This document shows positions 24,618 to 33,497 of a stretch of 38,610 nucleotides of DNA, in pieces (position 1 is the stretch's first letter; the number at the start of each line of letters is the position of its first letter). A model generated the notes under the pieces. It had not been told where the DNA came from, did no database searches, and saw only the letters and a program-made list of their open reading frames with translations. Origin of the DNA: a virus (Duplodnaviria; Caudoviricetes); the IMG/VR virus record IMGVR_UViG_3300006805_000016, positions 1 to 38,610 of that record; one strand, 5' to 3'. Position numbers and translations under genes: made by a program.

Positions 24618-25670
24618 CTATGCTAATAATGAAGCTGATTTGAGATTTGTAATCGTGAAGTACGGATAAGTGCTCGACATACCCGTAGGGTTAGAGTCTG
24701 CCTTGCTGATCTTGAAAGTAAGCGTTAGAGGATTAACTCCGGGCGCTGTAATTCCATAATCAGGCGCTTGAATTAACTGCATCTGAGGAATGTAGATCTT
24801 TAAAGATCTATTAGTACCGCTTCCGATCGCTGTTCCTTCGAGGTTTAAAAGACATTTCTTTTTAGTCTCTGAGTTCCAAGCCGTAAAATATGTATGATCT
24901 GCAAGTTCTTTGAGCGTGATCGTTAGAGTTCCTTCGAAAAGGCCGTCTTTAATAGGGGCTCCATTTCCCGACGCTCCCTTAATCTCGTTTGCCTGAGATT
25001 GTGGCCGGGTAAGCGTTAACTCATAGCTTGTAATATTAAGCTGATCGCCCGCGGCAAGAGCTCCGGTAGATGTATCGTCAATCCAAAAATCATCGTCGAA
25101 AGCCGCTGTGATAAATTCGTTACTAGATCGAGCCGTTGCCGCGGCGACTACTGCGTAAGTGTTGGTAGCCGAGCTGATAGCGATTTCGTTAGCGAGAAGT
25201 TCGAAGCTTGCGTTTACAATGCCGGGCACGTTTGGCGTGCTAATAGTTACGCTTGTTACAGCACAAGTCGGAAACTCTAGGCTCGTCGAGCTTGTATCGG
25301 TTGTTCCTACGCTTAGGTATTTAGAGTTTAGAGTCGAGTTAAAGGTTAAAGTGTGAAGATAGTCGCCCTGGCCGCCGGTAACCTCCGTAGGGGCTCCGCT
25401 GGTTCCCATGAATTGAGCGAGGAATATATCAAAGTTATTATCGTAACCCGCGTCCATTTGAATACTTACGGTAGGGTTCGTATTCCCTCTCGTTGCGCTT
25501 GTGATCATTTCGTTACCGCTACCGATTTCGCGTGATACGATTTCGGTTTCGTTTGCTGCGTAGGTTAGCTCGCCGCTAAACTTATCGCCCGCGCCTACCG
25601 CTACCGGTGTTCCCCAGGTTGTCGCGACCTGTACCGCGTGAATCGTGGTTGATCCTGATACTGATGCCAT
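24618..25670 (-). CDS. Major tail tube protein
   Basis: 350 aa, Thr/Ser-rich beta protein upstream of the chaperones and tape measure gene; strong AGGAG SD; downstream terminator. Confidence 0.82.
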   Translation of the reverse strand: MASVSGSTTIHAVQVATTWGTPVAVGAGDKFSGELTYAANETEIVSREIGSGNEMITSATRGNTNPTVSIQMDAGYDNNFDIFLAQFMGTSGAPTEVTGGQGDYLHTLTFNSTLNSKYLSVGTTDTSSTSLEFPTCAVTSVTISTPNVPGIVNASFELLANEIAISSATNTYAVVAAATARSSNEFITAAFDDDFWIDDTSTGALAAGDQLNITSYELTLTRPQSQANEIKGASGNGAPIKDGLFEGTLTITLKELADHTYFTAWNSETKKKCLLNLEGTAIGSGTNRSLKIYIPQMQLIQAPDYGITAPGVNPLTLTFKISKADSNPTGMSSTYPYFTITNLKSASLLA

Positions 25671-25690
25671 TTTTGAAATCTCCTAAAAGC

Positions 25691-25713
25691 AAAAAAGCGC
25701 CTCAAGGGGCGCT
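25691..25713 (-). terminator. Terminator-like hairpin immediately upstream of the tail tube RBS
   Basis: AGCGCC-6-GGCGCU followed by a U-run, then AGGAGATTTC. Confidence 0.65.
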
Positions 25714-25739
25714 CTGTGAAATTTATAAATCTGTTTTTG

Positions 25740-26219
25740 TTAAGCGATCATCTCTGTCGCTGTGTACGAATAACCGGCTTGCCAAACGTCGCGGCCATCG
25801 AGTTGTATTAATTGCGGCGATAAAATTCCGCTAACTTCCCAATGTGACACGGTAGAGCTCCAAGTTTTCCCGAGCTGTGTTCTTACTAAATCGTCCATCG
25901 TTTCGATTCTATCTATCGCAAGATTATAATTTGCTGCCGTGGCCGCGAAATCTCTTTCAAGATAATAAGAAACCTCTATATCGTATTCGTATCTAGTTGC
26001 TAGTGAGTTATTTCCTCGTAGCGAATTGTTACGCGCTTGTCTTACTACTGTTTGTTTGAAGAAATTAACCTTTTGATTGTAGTAAAAGAGCTCCGCTTCG
26101 GGTTTCGATCTTACCGCCGCGGTAACATCATATTGATAAATTTTTGTAGTTATCGCTGTGATAGTTGCGTGCTGAAAAACTCCTGTATTCCACGCGGTTC
26201 TTATGGTTGCGCTACTCAT
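25740..26219 (-). CDS. Putative tail terminator / tail completion protein
   Basis: 159 aa directly upstream of the tail tube gene (synteny). Confidence 0.6.
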   Translation of the reverse strand: MSSATIRTAWNTGVFQHATITAITTKIYQYDVTAAVRSKPEAELFYYNQKVNFFKQTVVRQARNNSLRGNNSLATRYEYDIEVSYYLERDFAATAANYNLAIDRIETMDDLVRTQLGKTWSSTVSHWEVSGILSPQLIQLDGRDVWQAGYSYTATEMIA

Positions 26220-26950
26220 CGAGTCACTATCTGAAAGCTTGCGTTATTTTCTTTTATATCTGCTTCGCCGTCAGAATCCGAATCGTAAGATACGATAAAA
26301 GAGTTAAGAAAATCCTCGGCTGTTTTGTTAAAATCTTCATATAGAGTTTCGAACTCGCTTCCACCTTCTTGGATTAAAGAGAGACAAATTTGAGCGAGCG
26401 CTCTGTAAGTAACTGTTAGTTTTAGATCTGCGAGATTATGAATAAGCTGATACTCGTAGCCCTTATCCTTTAGCTTTCTCTTAATCCATGACATCGCAAG
26501 ATCAATGTTCGCTGTGATCTTGTTACTCGAGGCGTAAGTCGTAACCGCTGAATAAACGGCCTCTAAGTCTGCCGATACTACATATAGGTTTTCATCGTGG
26601 CCGAAAGCTCTTTGTAATATTAGCTCTCTAATAAAGACTTGATCTTGCCCGGCTGCTTTTAGCTTAAAAACTACTGCCGCGTAATAGGTTTCCTCGGGGT
26701 CTGTTGAATCCTGGTTCGGGTCATCTATTGCTGTTACTGTGAAGTCACAATAAAGAGCATTTAGAGTCCATGAGCCCGTGATTGTGTAATCCGCGCCCGT
26801 ACCTAAAAGCGCGTCGTCTTTTGTCGGCTTCTCTGTATAAATATATAGCTTTACTGTCCCCGCTTGAGCTGGTATCGAAGCGAGCGTAAGGCTATCGACC
26901 ATCGGCGTGAACCGATATGTAAAATCTTTCCCGAAAGGGTATTTAGCCAC
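26216..26950 (-). CDS. Putative head-tail adaptor (beta N-domain plus helical connector domain)
   Basis: Synteny; helical C-terminal half (LKLTVTYRALAQI) typical of adaptors. Confidence 0.55.
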   Translation of the reverse strand: MAKYPFGKDFTYRFTPMVDSLTLASIPAQAGTVKLYIYTEKPTKDDALLGTGADYTITGSWTLNALYCDFTVTAIDDPNQDSTDPEETYYAAVVFKLKAAGQDQVFIRELILQRAFGHDENLYVVSADLEAVYSAVTTYASSNKITANIDLAMSWIKRKLKDKGYEYQLIHNLADLKLTVTYRALAQICLSLIQEGGSEFETLYEDFNKTAEDFLNSFIVSYDSDSDGEADIKENNASFQIVTR

Positions 26951-27105
26951 TATTTAGCCTCTTCTTTTTCTTTTTTTACTTTCTCGGGCTTTTGGTCGGC
27001 TTTTTCGGCCTCAAGTATCTGTAATACGTGTGCTGGTATTTCGTCTTTTCTTCCTTCTTTGAAAGCTTCACGATGCCAATTTCTGATCTGTGGTTTTAGT
27101 ACCAT
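26950..27105 (-). CDS. Small Lys/Glu-rich protein, 51 aa (not in ORF track)
   Basis: MVLKPQIRNWHREAFKEGRKDEIPAHVLQILEAEKADQKPEKVKKEKEEAK; GGAG SD; TAGTG coupling to the next gene. Confidence 0.7.
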   Translation of the reverse strand: MVLKPQIRNWHREAFKEGRKDEIPAHVLQILEAEKADQKPEKVKKEKEEAK

Positions 27106-27397
27106 TATATTTCTCCAAAAGTTCGGGGTGCGCGTATACGCAACCTTTTTTAATCTCCGCTGGAAAGCTCGGAGTTTGTAAAAGTTTTTCTATCTGCCAA
27201 CAAAAGAAAGGCTTCTTTTCTATTCCGTCTTTCTTTTTGATTTGTACGAGCCCTACGAGCTGAAATTCTGGCGCTCCTGGTTTGAATCGCTCTTTGTAAA
27301 TACTACAAGCGCCCCTCTTTAAGTGTGGGCACGATACGCCCTCTAAATAACAACAAGCGCCCCCACATACTTCTATGCAGTATTCATCCCGAGTCAA
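27068..27397 (-). CDS. Cysteine-cluster protein, YkgJ/CxxCxxCC-like
   Basis: CIEVCGGACC...CPHL...CSIYKER...C...C. Confidence 0.7.
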   Translation of the reverse strand: MTRDEYCIEVCGGACCYLEGVSCPHLKRGACSIYKERFKPGAPEFQLVGLVQIKKKDGIEKKPFFCWQIEKLLQTPSFPAEIKKGCVYAHPELLEKYNGTKTTDQKLAS

Positions 27398-27720
27398 TTT
27401 ATGTCTCGAGTGTTTAAATATTTTTCAACGAGCCGCGCTACCTCTCTTTCGGCCTTATCTTGAGTCGTGTCTGTACCGCTCATGCAATCGTTATATTCTT
27501 TTTTTGCCTTTACCATTAGAGAGATCGCTCGCCTCATTCTCTCGTCTATTGTTTGGGCTTTTAATCGCTGCACTTCCGCGTTTGATTCGTATTTTTCTTT
27601 TAAAGTCGCTTTGAGCTCGTTTGAGGCTTGCTCCATTTGGGCGATTATCATTTCAGAATGTAACCGCTTTTGTTTGTCTCGAGGGCTTTCGCCCTCTTTG
27701 ACTTTATCAAAGTTATTCAT
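27394..27720 (-). CDS. Hypothetical helical protein
   Basis: ORF track; overlaps both neighbours in the operon. Confidence 0.7.
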   Translation of the reverse strand: MNNFDKVKEGESPRDKQKRLHSEMIIAQMEQASNELKATLKEKYESNAEVQRLKAQTIDERMRRAISLMVKAKKEYNDCMSGTDTTQDKAEREVARLVEKYLNTRDIN

Positions 27721-28219
27721 TCGGATCTGTTTTCTTGCCCTTCGCCGATTTTGTTAGCGCTTCGTTTTTTTCTTGCGCCGCTTTAAGTTGTTCTAAAAGG
27801 GCTGTTTCTTTTGCGGTCTGTTTAGCTTCAATGCCCATATATCGTTTTACGTGGTTCTCGAGATCGTCCCATGGATTAACCATATCTGATCCGATGTGCA
27901 TTTGAGCTTTCTTTGCTATCGCCGGGTTAGGGTGATTAGGTTTCGGAAAATTTCCGTAGTGGATTATTCTGTAGCCCTTTTGCATTACATAATAATCCAC
28001 TCGCGAGGCTTGCTCGGGTCGTCCGTCTACATCTAGAGTAAAAAGCGCCTCATACCATCTTTCTCTGGAATACTCGTAATTTTTAGATTGAAATAATATG
28101 TAAGCTCGATCCTTTGGGGGTTTCCACCCTCTGAGTTCATTCTTAACTTCATCGGATACGCTTACCATGGTTTCGAATGGCGGTTTAGCGAGTCGTGCCT
28201 TTTCTCTTTCGTCTGTCAT
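27713..28219 (-). CDS. Hypothetical protein downstream of the capsid gene
   Basis: AAGGA SD; coiled-coil, Lys-rich C-terminus. Confidence 0.75.
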   Translation of the reverse strand: MTDEREKARLAKPPFETMVSVSDEVKNELRGWKPPKDRAYILFQSKNYEYSRERWYEALFTLDVDGRPEQASRVDYYVMQKGYRIIHYGNFPKPNHPNPAIAKKAQMHIGSDMVNPWDDLENHVKRYMGIEAKQTAKETALLEQLKAAQEKNEALTKSAKGKKTDPNE

Positions 28220-28228
28220 GTTTCCTTT

Positions 28229-28265
28229 AATAAAAGAGGGCGGCGGCTACTGCAAACCGCCGCCC
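28229..28265 (-). terminator. Intrinsic terminator after the major capsid gene
   Basis: GGGCGGCGG/CCGCCGCCC 9-bp stem followed by UCUUUUAUU. Confidence 0.75.
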
Positions 28266-28299
28266 GGTGGTGTGTCTGTAAGATGATTAACTAACGAGA

Positions 28300-29172
28300 T
28301 TATGTGTCAGAACGAAGCATAACACCTGCGAGATCGTTCCATTCTACAACGTCGTAGAAATAATATGATGCTACTTCTGAATAGAATCCTTCTGCGCCAT
28401 TGTCCTTGTACCAAGTTACCGGAGCGGTTCCGAAGATTCCAGCGAGACACCACATTGGATGAATTAACATCTGCTGATCGTCTCCGCCGGTTGTCGCGAA
28501 TCCTGAACCCTGATAAACCTTACAGATTCCAGGGATATCGCCCATGTAGCCGTTATTAGCTGGCAAGCCGTTAAGGATAGCGAGCATATTTGGGTTAGTG
28601 AAAGCGGTCGCGCCGTTCTGAATGATTTCTTTTCTAAGGTTATAAACCGCCTTTGCTCCGAGGTGTGCATGAAGCATTACTTCGGGGTTTGGTACGTTTG
28701 CTGCGTAAATAGCGAGCTGCGCTACCATTACGTCGTCTATAGTAAGAACGCTCGTTGCTGTTTGAGTCGTTGCAAGCCCTGCCGCCATTCCTAGAATGTC
28801 GTTAGAGATGAATCGCCCCATCGCTGCGCCCTGCTCGGCTGCTACCCTGTCTAGGGTGATGTTGCCGAATGTTTGTTCCTCAACTGAGAGCCCGGATACA
28901 ACTGCGATTTTCGCCGCCGTTGCAGTTACCGAAGAATCGGTAAGCTCGCCGTTTGCATCTGGCGCGAGGGCTGTCGCCTCTACCAATGCGGCTGCGGTGA
29001 GAGAGCCGTTTTTTCTAAACTTTTTAACATTTGTCCCTACTGGTAGGTTTTCGCGGTAAAGCGACTCCATACCCGTTGCGGTTTTAACGAGCGCCGGTGA
29101 GGCGATCGCTGATAGTAAGTTTCCGAGCGTGGTTGAGTTACTCAACTCGGTAATATTTGCTACTGCGCCCAT
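28300..29172 (-). CDS. Major capsid protein
   Basis: 290 aa after the scaffold; strong AGGAG SD; downstream terminator; HK97-fold-like pattern (GYMGDIPGICKVY; YYFYDVVEW). Confidence 0.8.
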   Translation of the reverse strand: MGAVANITELSNSTTLGNLLSAIASPALVKTATGMESLYRENLPVGTNVKKFRKNGSLTAAALVEATALAPDANGELTDSSVTATAAKIAVVSGLSVEEQTFGNITLDRVAAEQGAAMGRFISNDILGMAAGLATTQTATSVLTIDDVMVAQLAIYAANVPNPEVMLHAHLGAKAVYNLRKEIIQNGATAFTNPNMLAILNGLPANNGYMGDIPGICKVYQGSGFATTGGDDQQMLIHPMWCLAGIFGTAPVTWYKDNGAEGFYSEVASYYFYDVVEWNDLAGVMLRSDT

Positions 29173-29189
29173 TTTGAATCTCCTGAAAT

Positions 29190-29214
29190 AAAAAAAGCGG
29201 CATTAAGGCCGCTT
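29190..29214 (-). terminator. Terminator-like hairpin immediately upstream of the capsid RBS
   Basis: AAGCGGC-6-GCCGCUU followed by a U-run, then AGGAGATTC. Confidence 0.65.
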
Positions 29215-29237
29215 ATAAGTGTGTGTTTTAAATTTGT

Positions 29238-29648
29238 TTAAACTTTGGTAACGGTTACAAAACCTTCCCAACGCCATGACTCGGCGGCGATTCCAATTAC
29301 GTTGATTTCGACCTGTTGATCGGTTGTGTTTGCTGTCACCGTAAAGTTTGTAGCTGCGTCGGATTCAAGAATGCGAACCGCTGGCGTGCCGATTAGAGTA
29401 ACGTTTCCTGAAGCTGCTCTACGTGCTCCGCCTTCAAAGTGTGCGGTTGCGCCGTCGGTTTCGTCGCTTTGACATCCGATTATGTGGCCGCTAAATACGC
29501 AAGCCTCGCCCTCAAGGAGAGGAATTACGATAAGAGCGGTAGTTGTTGCGTCTGATGTGCTCGCACTCTTTCCGAAAGGATAGCTTCCGCCATTATGCGA
29601 ACCGTTTAGCGCTACGGTTCTGGTTATATCTCTTCTAACTGTGGTCAT
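29238..29648 (-). CDS. Putative head decoration / cement protein (start revised to MTTVRR)
   Basis: All-beta composition, between scaffold and capsid genes; GGAG SD before ATG at 29648. Confidence 0.55.
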   Translation of the reverse strand: MTTVRRDITRTVALNGSHNGGSYPFGKSASTSDATTTALIVIPLLEGEACVFSGHIIGCQSDETDGATAHFEGGARRAASGNVTLIGTPAVRILESDAATNFTVTANTTDQQVEINVIGIAAESWRWEGFVTVTKV

Positions 29649-29664
29649 CTGAAAAATCTCCAAT

Positions 29665-29688
29665 AAAAAAAGCCGCTACGTGGCGGCT
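29665..29688 (-). terminator. Terminator-like hairpin after the scaffold gene
   Basis: AGCCGC-6-GCGGCU followed by a U-run, then GGAGATTT. Confidence 0.65.
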
Positions 29689-29711
29689 CTCTGTGAGTAG
29701 AATATAAATCT

Positions 29712-30425
29712 TTATCTAATCGTTATAGCTTGCGCGAACTTAATAGCTAAGCTCGGGTTTTTTGCTAATACTTGTTGCTGTTCGACGTTACTTAGTCTTT
29801 GAAACTTCTCAAAACTAATATCTGCCCCGTCGCCCGCGATCTTCTCTCCTGGCGTCTTGCCTCCGTTAAGAGACTTATCTATAACGGCAAAAGGTTTGTT
29901 AGCTTTTAATTCGTCAATAAATTCCTCAACGCTCATCGGTTTAGTTTTATTAGACGCCGACAATCGAACCTCGCCGCGTGCGTCTTTTATGACGATATTA
30001 CCGTCTGAATCTAAATCACATTGTTCTCTAATATATCGCTTGAGGTCGTCGTGAAAACCTGAAACGAATTGCCCGGCGGCTGTTCCGAAAACAACCGAAT
30101 CGACTTGTAGCTCTTTTAGTTTTTGGTCTTTACTCTTAAGAGCGCCCTCGAGGGTTTCTCTTTCTTTTGCGTATTCGTTTTTTAGTTCGTCTTTTGCGGC
30201 TTTAATCCTTTCCTCGATACTCTTTGGATCGCCTGATTTTGATACTACCTCGTTTCGAAGTAGTTCTAGCTCTTGTTTGTGAGCTCTTGCCGCTTCCGGG
30301 TCTATCCCCTTATATCGTTTTTCGAAATCTACTACCTTAGCTTCTAAGTTCCTCGCTTTCTCGAGAACTTTTTCATACTCTGCTTTCGCGATTGTTTCAG
30401 GGGTTTGATCGCCTGTGTCGGTCAT
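29712..30425 (-). CDS. Capsid scaffolding protein
   Basis: Charged coiled-coil N-terminal half, PMSVEEFIDELK...GG..G C-terminus; upstream of the capsid gene. Confidence 0.75.
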   Translation of the reverse strand: MTDTGDQTPETIAKAEYEKVLEKARNLEAKVVDFEKRYKGIDPEAARAHKQELELLRNEVVSKSGDPKSIEERIKAAKDELKNEYAKERETLEGALKSKDQKLKELQVDSVVFGTAAGQFVSGFHDDLKRYIREQCDLDSDGNIVIKDARGEVRLSASNKTKPMSVEEFIDELKANKPFAVIDKSLNGGKTPGEKIAGDGADISFEKFQRLSNVEQQQVLAKNPSLAIKFAQAITIR

Positions 30426-30844
30426 TTTCTTAGTGCCTCTTTTAACTTTTGCTTTATTCTTGCGACCTGTTTAGCGGAGAGCCCGAAAAACGGTCTTAAT
30501 GCCTGATTAAATCCTGCTTTCTCCGCTTCTTTTGCGGAGCTAAAAAATATCTTTCCCTGTATTTTATCTTTTAGTTGCTTAACGTTACTCGCTATCGAGG
30601 CGAGCATATTTCCTGTGAAGGTAAGATCTGGTCTTAAGTTCCTACCTCTTTTAGTTTTAAATTTTGCGTAGCCTTCCGAATACTCTTTGAAATCTTTTCC
30701 GGTAATCGTTTTCCCGTCTCGAGTCCTTTGAGAGATTTCTGTAGCCTCATCGATTAGCGCTGCTTCTAAGGCTCTAGTTAGATTGCCTCTAATATCCCTT
30801 GCGTTTTTATCGAGGTTAATCCTCCGACGAATCTTTATCCCCAT
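30422..30844 (-). CDS. Virion morphogenesis / neck protein (Mu gpG, HK97 gp10-like)
   Basis: Basic; LTFTGNMLASI and RPFFGLS motifs. Confidence 0.75.
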   Translation of the reverse strand: MGIKIRRRINLDKNARDIRGNLTRALEAALIDEATEISQRTRDGKTITGKDFKEYSEGYAKFKTKRGRNLRPDLTFTGNMLASIASNVKQLKDKIQGKIFFSSAKEAEKAGFNQALRPFFGLSAKQVARIKQKLKEALRK

Positions 30845-31607
30845 ATCCGAGCTCTTTCGCTCTTTCGTTAGAAATTGGTCGCAAGTCGTGGCGACAATTA
30901 TATCCGCCTAAGTAAATGGTAGCGGGTAGTCCTTGCCCGTTATCCCACTTTTCTATTTCGTCCCAAGTGTAAACCTTGCCGATCCTAGATCTACAAAAAG
31001 GCCGCGTTAATTTATCAAGCGCCCCTACATATATGTAGTACTTAAGCCCGAGCTCGTCGGCTTTTCTTTGAGTAACAGATCTAGAGAAAGCTATGGTAGC
31101 AGTATTAAGTTCTGTTTTTATGTTCGAGGCCGTTCTGCTACCGAACTTATCAATTAGCCCTCTAGTATCCGGGCTTTCGCCGCTTATAACTTGTCGCATT
31201 ATTACCGAACTTAAATCGTCGGTAATCGCGTAAACCTTATTAGCGATTTGCTTAGTATCAAATTTGATTAACTGCTCGGCGATTTCAAAATCTAAATCGT
31301 TAAGAATATTATTCTCGCCGACTACCGAGCTTAGATAGCTGTTAATCTCCCGGAGTTGAACCCCGTAAATCTTTTCCAATTCTCGAAGCTCTTTTAAAAG
31401 TCCCGCCTCGAGTAGTGCGCTTTGTAGTCCGCCTAGCGCTTGCGCTGTCCGTTGCGCGTTTGGCCTCTTCTTTGAAGTTTCATCTTCAAGGGCTTTTAAC
31501 GCCTTTGTTAATGCTTTGTTTAAAAATCTTTCTAGTCTTAAGGTAAAGGCTTCGATTTCGGCGTCGGTTGCATTAAGCTGCTTGAGAAGTTGTTTGTTCT
31601 CCGACAT
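30816..31607 (-). CDS. Minor head protein (SPP1 gp7 / Mu gpF-like)
   Basis: TELNTA, DKLTRPFC and GGYNCRH motifs; follows the portal gene. Confidence 0.85.
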   Translation of the reverse strand: MSENKQLLKQLNATDAEIEAFTLRLERFLNKALTKALKALEDETSKKRPNAQRTAQALGGLQSALLEAGLLKELRELEKIYGVQLREINSYLSSVVGENNILNDLDFEIAEQLIKFDTKQIANKVYAITDDLSSVIMRQVISGESPDTRGLIDKFGSRTASNIKTELNTATIAFSRSVTQRKADELGLKYYIYVGALDKLTRPFCRSRIGKVYTWDEIEKWDNGQGLPATIYLGGYNCRHDLRPISNERAKELGYGDKDSSED

Positions 31608-33048
31608 CTCCGTTTACCTGTTGTAATAGCCTCGTTCTTACGTTACCTACTAGCCCTTCGTTTTGATCTACTGAGAAATCCGCCGCGTCGATTTCTTTTT
31701 CTATATCTTCTTGGTTTGGAAGGTTTAGATCTGCGATTCGTTTCTTTAATAATTCTCTGTATGCTGTTTGAACTTTCTTTATATCGTCTTTATGCGCCTG
31801 GAATATTGCGAGCTCTCTATCTATATCTTGAATAGTTATCTTCTTACTAAGTTCAATTTTAGCATTAAATTTATCATCGCCCTTGAACTTCGCCCATAGT
31901 TCATTTGTTTTATTAATGGCGTTTTCAATTTCTGAAATACAGCTCTTTAACAGCTTTACGAAATCTTCTTTCGATTCTCTTTGTGATTCGGCTCCCGGGG
32001 CTTCTTTTGAGTCGCTCGAAAGTGTGTGAACCTGATTAAATGCAACCTTAAAAAGTCTATCAATAGTAGAGTTAATTGCATTTTCAAGCGGTGCTGTATT
32101 ACCTGAATCTATAGCCTCGACGCTTGCACCATCTGGCAGAAAGTTTGCTACGTACTCACCGAAAGCTAATTTTGCTTCGTCAGAGGAAACGCCTATAACA
32201 AAAATCTTTTGAAATGCTTGAGCGTTTAATACGCAAGCTTCCGCGCTCATTAGGTTAAAGAGCGATAGTTGTAGCTCGCAAGCGTCTTTTATAAAAGATT
32301 CTTCGCCTTCAATTGAAACTACCGGGATCTCTTCAGTGTCGACCTCGATCTCTTCTAGTTTTGTCCAAGTGATTTTATTATTTTCGTTTTGAGATTTGTA
32401 AATCGATATTGTGTATTTACCGCTTAAAGCGCTTAATACTTTCGAATATCGAGCTATAACCGGCGCTGATTCTAAATTTGTTCTTGGCTCTAATACGTCA
32501 TATTCATAACGAAGTAGATCATATCTACCGCGGCGAGCTCTGTCTGTTGAGATCTGCCAATCTTTAACATCGAGCGGGTTTAGTAGCTCAAGAAATGGCC
32601 TCGCGCCTAGCGCTCTTGATTGCTCTACTGTTTCGCCTTTTTGCTTTGAGGCATCAACTAAAACTCTAGGTAGCCCGTAGATAATGTAGTGTTTAGCAAA
32701 ATGATTTTGCCAAAATGATTCAAAACTTACCCCGGTTCCCGTTACATCTGTGTAGGCTTCGTCATAAAGCTTTTTTACTTCATCCGGTACAACCATGTCC
32801 TCGGCAAAAAGAAAGGATAGTATTCTAGATACTACCGACTCTATAAGATTAAGATATCTAGATCTTAATTCCCTAATTCTTCTTAGTTCTGCTCCGCCGT
32901 TTTTAACCTTCTCGAGCTCATGTGGCCATAAATAACTCTCGCTTGAGGTTAGAACGTCGTGACTACCCTCATATAAATCACGATACTTCTCCCACTCGGA
33001 GGCCATCGCGGTGTATTTGGGGTGCTCTGAAAAATCGATTTCCGACAT
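31573..33048 (-). CDS. Portal protein
   Basis: 491 aa between terminase and minor head genes; HPKY...W...DLYEG...YL N-terminus; IPVV motif. Confidence 0.85.
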   Translation of the reverse strand: MSEIDFSEHPKYTAMASEWEKYRDLYEGSHDVLTSSESYLWPHELEKVKNGGAELRRIRELRSRYLNLIESVVSRILSFLFAEDMVVPDEVKKLYDEAYTDVTGTGVSFESFWQNHFAKHYIIYGLPRVLVDASKQKGETVEQSRALGARPFLELLNPLDVKDWQISTDRARRGRYDLLRYEYDVLEPRTNLESAPVIARYSKVLSALSGKYTISIYKSQNENNKITWTKLEEIEVDTEEIPVVSIEGEESFIKDACELQLSLFNLMSAEACVLNAQAFQKIFVIGVSSDEAKLAFGEYVANFLPDGASVEAIDSGNTAPLENAINSTIDRLFKVAFNQVHTLSSDSKEAPGAESQRESKEDFVKLLKSCISEIENAINKTNELWAKFKGDDKFNAKIELSKKITIQDIDRELAIFQAHKDDIKKVQTAYRELLKKRIADLNLPNQEDIEKEIDAADFSVDQNEGLVGNVRTRLLQQVNGDVGEQTTSQAA

Positions 33049-33497
33049 TAGCCGACTATGAGCCTCACGGTGAGATCACTCGCTGCCGCATATGTTGGGG
33101 TTCCTCTTGATACAAGAGCGCCGTAAATTGTACCAGAAAGCCCCGACGGGATCGGAATGCTTACGGAGTGATTAACCGATACCGAGCTATCACTTAGAGC
33201 GGCGTGAGTTGTAAGAGATATAACTCCGAAAATCTTTCCTATATCTGCGTCGTCAACGTCTAGCGCTATGTTTGTCGTAAAGGTTGTAGCCGATGGATCG
33301 GAGGAAAATAAAACTATATCAATATTCGCTGATTGTTTAGCGAGATCTGTAATTACCGCGCCTAGAATCTTTGCGTTGGTAGAGCCATTAAATTTAGATG
33401 ACACAAAAGAGAGTTTACCGCCTAAAGAATCTCCCGTAGCGTTTGCCGATGTATCGACAACCGGAGCGGCCACACTTGATATATATTCATTATTCAT
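33048..33497 (-). CDS. Hypothetical beta-rich (likely structural) protein
   Basis: Ser/Thr/Ala-rich; coupled between the terminase and portal genes. Confidence 0.65.
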   Translation of the reverse strand: MNNEYISSVAAPVVDTSANATGDSLGGKLSFVSSKFNGSTNAKILGAVITDLAKQSANIDIVLFSSDPSATTFTTNIALDVDDADIGKIFGVISLTTHAALSDSSVSVNHSVSIPIPSGLSGTIYGALVSRGTPTYAAASDLTVRLIVG

